From Eledone cirrhosa (lineage: Eukaryota): a DNA stretch of 64,000 nt. A model generated the notes under the pieces. That model was given only the letters and a program-made list of their open reading frames with translations, did no database searches and was not told the origin of the DNA. Location of the stretch: NCBI GenBank assembly GCA_964016885.1, contig OZ024741.1, forward strand, positions 130,944,001-131,008,000, read 5' to 3'. The translations under genes and the position numbers were made by a program. This document shows, piece after piece, positions 59,601 to 64,000 of the stretch; position 1 is the stretch's first letter, and each line of letters opens with the position of its first letter.

Positions 59601-62600
59601 ATAACTTTACACATCATATTTGTCTGTGGAACTAGGGTTCGAAGCGGTGAACATATAACTTTACACATCATATTTGTCTGTGTAACTAGGGTTGGAAGCG
59701 GTGAACATATAACTTTACACATCATAGTTGTCTGTGTAACTAGAGTTGGAAGCAGTGAACATATAACTTTACACATCATATATGTCTGTGTAACTAGGGT
59801 TGGAAGCGGTGCACATATAACTTTACACATCATATTTGTCTGTGTAACTAGGGTTGGAAGCAGTGAACATATAACTTTACACATCATATTTGTCTGTGTA
59901 ACTAGGGTTGGAAGCAGTGAATATATAACTTTGCACATCATATTTGTCTGTGTAACTAGGGTTGGAAGCAGTGAACATATAACTTTACACATCATATTTG
60001 TCTGTGTAACTAGGATTGGAAGCGGTGAATATATAACTTCACACATCATATTTGTCTGTGTAACTAGGTTGGAAGCAGTGAACATATAACTTCACACATC
60101 ATATTTGTCTGTATAACTAGGGTTGGAAGCGGTGAACATATAACTTTACACATCATATTTGTCTGTGTAACTAGGGTTGGAAGCAGTGAACATATAACTT
60201 TACACATCATATTTGTCTGAGTAACTAGGGTTGGAAGCAGTGAACATATAACTTTAAACATCATATTTGTCTGTGTAACTAGGGTTGGAAGCGGTGAACA
60301 TATAACTTTACACATCATATTTGTCTGTGTAACTAGGGTTGGAAGCCGTGAACATATAATTTAACACATCATATTTGTCTGTGTAACTAGGGTTGGAAGC
60401 GGTGAACATATAACTTTGCACATCATATTTGTCTGTGTAACTAGGGTTGGAAGCAGTGAACATATAACTTTACAAATCATATTTGTCTGTGTAACTAGGG
60501 TTGGAAGCAGTGAACACACAACTTTACACATCATATTTGTCTATGTAACTAGGGTTGGAAGCAGTGAACATATAACTTTACACATCATATTTGTCTGTGT
60601 AACTAGGGTTGGAATCGGTGAACATATAACTTTACATATCATATTTGTCTGTGTAACTAGGGTTGGAAGCGGTGAACATATAACTTTACACATCATATTT
60701 GTCTGTGTAACTAGGGTTGGAAGCAGTGAACATATAACTTTACACATCATATTTGTCTGTGTAACTAGGGTTGGAAGCGGTGAACATATAATTTTACACA
60801 TCATATTTGTCTGTGTAACTAGGTTTGGAAGCAGTGAACATATAACTTTACACATCATATTTGTCTGTGTAACTAGGGTTGGAAGCAGTGAACATACAAC
60901 TTTACACAACCTATTTGTCTGTGTAACTTGGGTTGGATACAGTGAACATATAAATTTACACATCATATTTGTCTGTGTAACTAGGGTTGGAAGCAGTGAA
61001 CATATAACTTTACACATCATATTTGTCTGTGTAACTAGGGTTGCAAGCGGTGAACATATAACTTTACACATCATATTTGTCTCTCTAACTAGGTTTGAAA
61101 GCAGTGAACATATAAATTTACACATCATATTTGTCTGTGTAACTAGGGTTGGAAGCAGTGAACATATAACTTTACACATCATATTTGTCTGTGTAACTAG
61201 GGTTGGAAGCAGTGAACATATAACTTTACACATCATATTTGTCTGACTAACTAGGTTTGGAAGCGGTGAACATATAACTTTACACATCATATTTGACTGT
61301 GTAACTAGGGTTGGAAGCGGTGAACATACAACTTTACACATCATATTTGTCTGTGGAACTAGGGTTGGAAGCAGTGAACATATAACTTTACACATCATAT
61401 TTGTCTATGTAACTAGGGTTGGAAGCAGTGAACATATAACTTTACACATCATATTTGTCTGTGTAACTCGGGTTGGAAGCGGTGAACATATAACTTGACA
61501 CATCATATTTGTCTGTGGAACTAGGGTTCGAAGCGGTGAACATATAACTTTACACATCATATTTGTCTGTGTAACTAGGGTTGGAAGCAGTGAACATATA
61601 ACTTTACACATCATATTTGTCTGTGTAACTAGGGTTGGAAGCGGTGAACATATAACTTTACACCTCATATTTGTCTGTGTAACTAGGGTTGGAAGCAGTG
61701 AACATATAACTTTACACATCATATTTGTCTGTGTAACTAGGGTTGGAAGCGGTGAACATATAACTTTACACATCATATTTGTCTGTGTAACTAGGGTTGG
61801 AAGCGGTGAACATATAACTTTACACATCATATTTGTCTTTGTAACTAGGGTTGGAAGCAGTGAACATATAACTTTACACATCATATTTGTCTGTGTAACT
61901 AGGGTTGGAAGCAGTGAACATATAACTTTACACATCATATTTGTCTGTGTAACTCGGGTTGGAAGCGGTGAACATATAACTTTACACATCATATTTGTCT
62001 GTGTAACTAGGGTTGGAAGCAGTGAACATACAACTTTACACATCATATTTGTCTGTGTAACTAGGGTTGGAAGCAGTGAACATATAACTTTACACATCAT
62101 ATTTGTCTGTGCAACTAGGGTTGGAAGCAGTGAACATATAAATTTACACATCATATTTGTCTGTGTAACTAGGGTTGGAAGCAGTGAACATATAACTTTA
62201 CACATCATATTTGTCTGCGTAACTCGGGTTGGAAGCGGTGAACATATAACTTTACACATCATATTTGTCTGTGGAACTAGGGTTGGAAGCGGTGAACATA
62301 TAACTTTACACATCATATTTGTCTGTGTAACTAGGGTTGGAAGCAGTGAACATATAACTTTACACATCATATTTGTCTGTCTAACTAGGTTTGGAAGCGG
62401 TGAACATATAACTTTACACATCATATTTGACTGTGTAACTAGGGTTGGAAGCGGTGAACATACAACTTTACACATCATATTTGTCTGTGGAACTAGGGTT
62501 GGAAGCAGTGAACATAGAACTTTACACATCATATTTGTCTGTGTAACTAGGGTTGGAAGCAGTGAACATATAACTTTACACATCATATTTGTCTGTGTAA

Positions 62601-64000
62601 CTCGGGTTGGAAGCGGTGAACATATAACTTTACACATCATATTCGTCTGTGTAACTAGGGTTGGAAGCGGTGAACATATAACTTTACACATCATATTTGT
62701 CTGTGTAACTAGGGTTGGAAGCAGTGAACATATAACTTTACATATCATATTTGTCTGTGTAACTAGGGTTGGAAGCAGTGAACATATAACTTTACACATC
62801 ATATTTGTCTGTGTAACTAGGGTTGGAAGCAGTGAACATATAACTTTACACATTATATTTGTCTGTGTAACTAGGGTTGGAAGCAGTGAACATATAACTT
62901 TACACATCATATTTGTCTGTGTAACCAGGGTTGGAAGCACTGAACATATAACTTTACACATCATATTTGTCTATGTAACTAGGGTTGGAAGCAGTGAACA
63001 TATAACTTTACACATCATATTTGTCTGTGTAACTAGGGTTGGAAGCGGTGAACATATAACTTTACACATCATATTTGTCTGTGTAACTAGGGTTGGAAGC
63101 GGTGAACATATAACTTTACACATCATATTTGTCTGTGTAACTAGGGTTGGAAGCAGTGAACATATAACTTTACACATCATATTTGTCTGTGTAACTAGGG
63201 TTGGAAGCGGTGAACATATAACTTTACACATCATATTTGTCTGTGTAACTAGGTTTGGAAGCAGTGAACATATAACTTTACACATCATATTTGTCTGTGT
63301 AACTAGGGTTGGAAGCGGTGAACATATAACTTTACACATCATATTTGTCTGTGTAACTAGGGTTGGAAGCGGTGAACATATAACTTTACACATCATATTT
63401 GTCTGTGTAACTAGGGTTGGAAGCAGTGAACATATAACTTTACACATCATATTTGTCTGTGTAACTAGGGTTGGAAGCGGTGAACATATAACTTTACACA
63501 TCATATTTGTCTGTGTAACTAGGTTTGGAAGCAGTGAACATATAACTTTACACATCATATTTGTCTGTGTAACTAGGGTTGGAAGCAGTGAACATACAAC
63601 TTTACACAACCTATTTGTCTGTGTAACTAGGGTTAGAAACAGTGAACATATAAATTTACACATCATATTTGTCTGTGTAACTAGGGTTGGAAGCAGTGAA
63701 CATATAACTTTACACATCATATTTGACTGTGTAACTAGGGTTGGAAGCAGTGAACATATAACTTTACACATCATATTTGTCTGTGGAACTAGGGTTGGAA
63801 ACAGTGAACATATAACTTTACACATCATATTTGTCTGTGTAACTCGGGTTGGAAGCGGTGAACATATAACTTGACACATCATATTTGTCTGTGGAACTAG
63901 GGTTCGAAGCGGTGAACATATAACTTTACACATCATATTTGTCTGTGTAACTAGGGTTGGAAGCAGTGATCATATAACTTTACACATCATATTTGTCTGT

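Larger units (their letters stand above)
1..64000. repeat. 54-bp tandem satellite array, 1,185 full monomers plus a partial, single orientation, extends beyond both window edges
   Basis: The monomer TTTACACATCATATTTGTCTGTGTAACTAGGGTTGGAAGC(A/G)GTGAACATATAAC starts at 1, 55, 109 and so on. The last monomer start at 63979 equals 1+54x1185-12, matching the 14 single-base indels seen. Most monomers differ from consensus by 0-4 substitutions. Confidence 0.99.

Noticed and set aside
8479-61246. Plus-strand ORFs encoding (HIIFVCVTRVGSSEHITL)n
   Set aside because: This is the same artefact on the other strand. Starts arise from sporadic variants, and the frame is repeatedly closed by the common T3G (TGA) variant. 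Two open frames out of six is unremarkable for an 18-codon unit.
2215-63936. Long minus-strand ORFs encoding (MMCKVICSLLPTLVTQTN)n, up to 1,059 aa
   Set aside because: The 54-bp monomer is a multiple of 3 and happens to be stop-free in this frame. A stop-creating variant (G21A, giving TAG) and frameshifts have been amplified many times, most variants are non-synonymous, and there are no unique N- or C-terminal domains. There is no sign of coding constraint.
1-64000. CRISPR-like array
   Set aside because: The repeats are contiguous with no unique spacers, and there are no cas genes.
1-64000. Cys/His-spaced repeat as a zinc-finger or metal-binding repeat gene
   Set aside because: The C-x3-C spacing on the minus strand has no His partners and does not fit C2H2 (28-aa/84-bp) or other finger periodicities. 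The ORFs are also disrupted.
1-64000. Telomerase-synthesised terminal repeat
   Set aside because: 54 bp is far longer than known telomerase-templated units, and kb-scale inherited variant patterns indicate DNA-level duplication rather than copying from a single RNA template.
1-64000. Embedded transposon, inversion or unique island
   Set aside because: The monomer register is accounted for end to end (1,185x54 minus 12 bp, plus 22 bp), and all monomers read in the same orientation.

Overview
The whole 64,000-bp window is one uninterrupted, head-to-tail satellite array of a 54-bp monomer (consensus TTTACACATCATATTTGTCTGTGTAACTAGGGTTGGAAGC[A/G]GTGAACATATAAC, about 35-37% GC). It holds 1,185 complete monomers plus a 22-bp partial copy. 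The register is fully accounted for by 13 single-base deletions and 1 insertion (net -12 bp). I see no unique sequence, inversion, transposon, RNA gene or credible protein-coding gene. The long ORFs arise because the monomer is a multiple of 3 and stop-free in two frames. Diagnostic substitutions reveal nested, recent higher-order duplications with periods of 7, 18, 20, 22, 23, 39/41/48, 43, 46, 64, 98/102 and 156 monomers. They also show left- and right-domain variant subfamilies, a recurrent two-monomer cassette, and more diverged patches near 32, 37.5 and 60 kb. This is most likely eukaryotic satellite DNA (centromeric, pericentromeric or subtelomeric). The organism and function cannot be determined from this sequence alone, and I found no evidence of a novel gene-encoded system.
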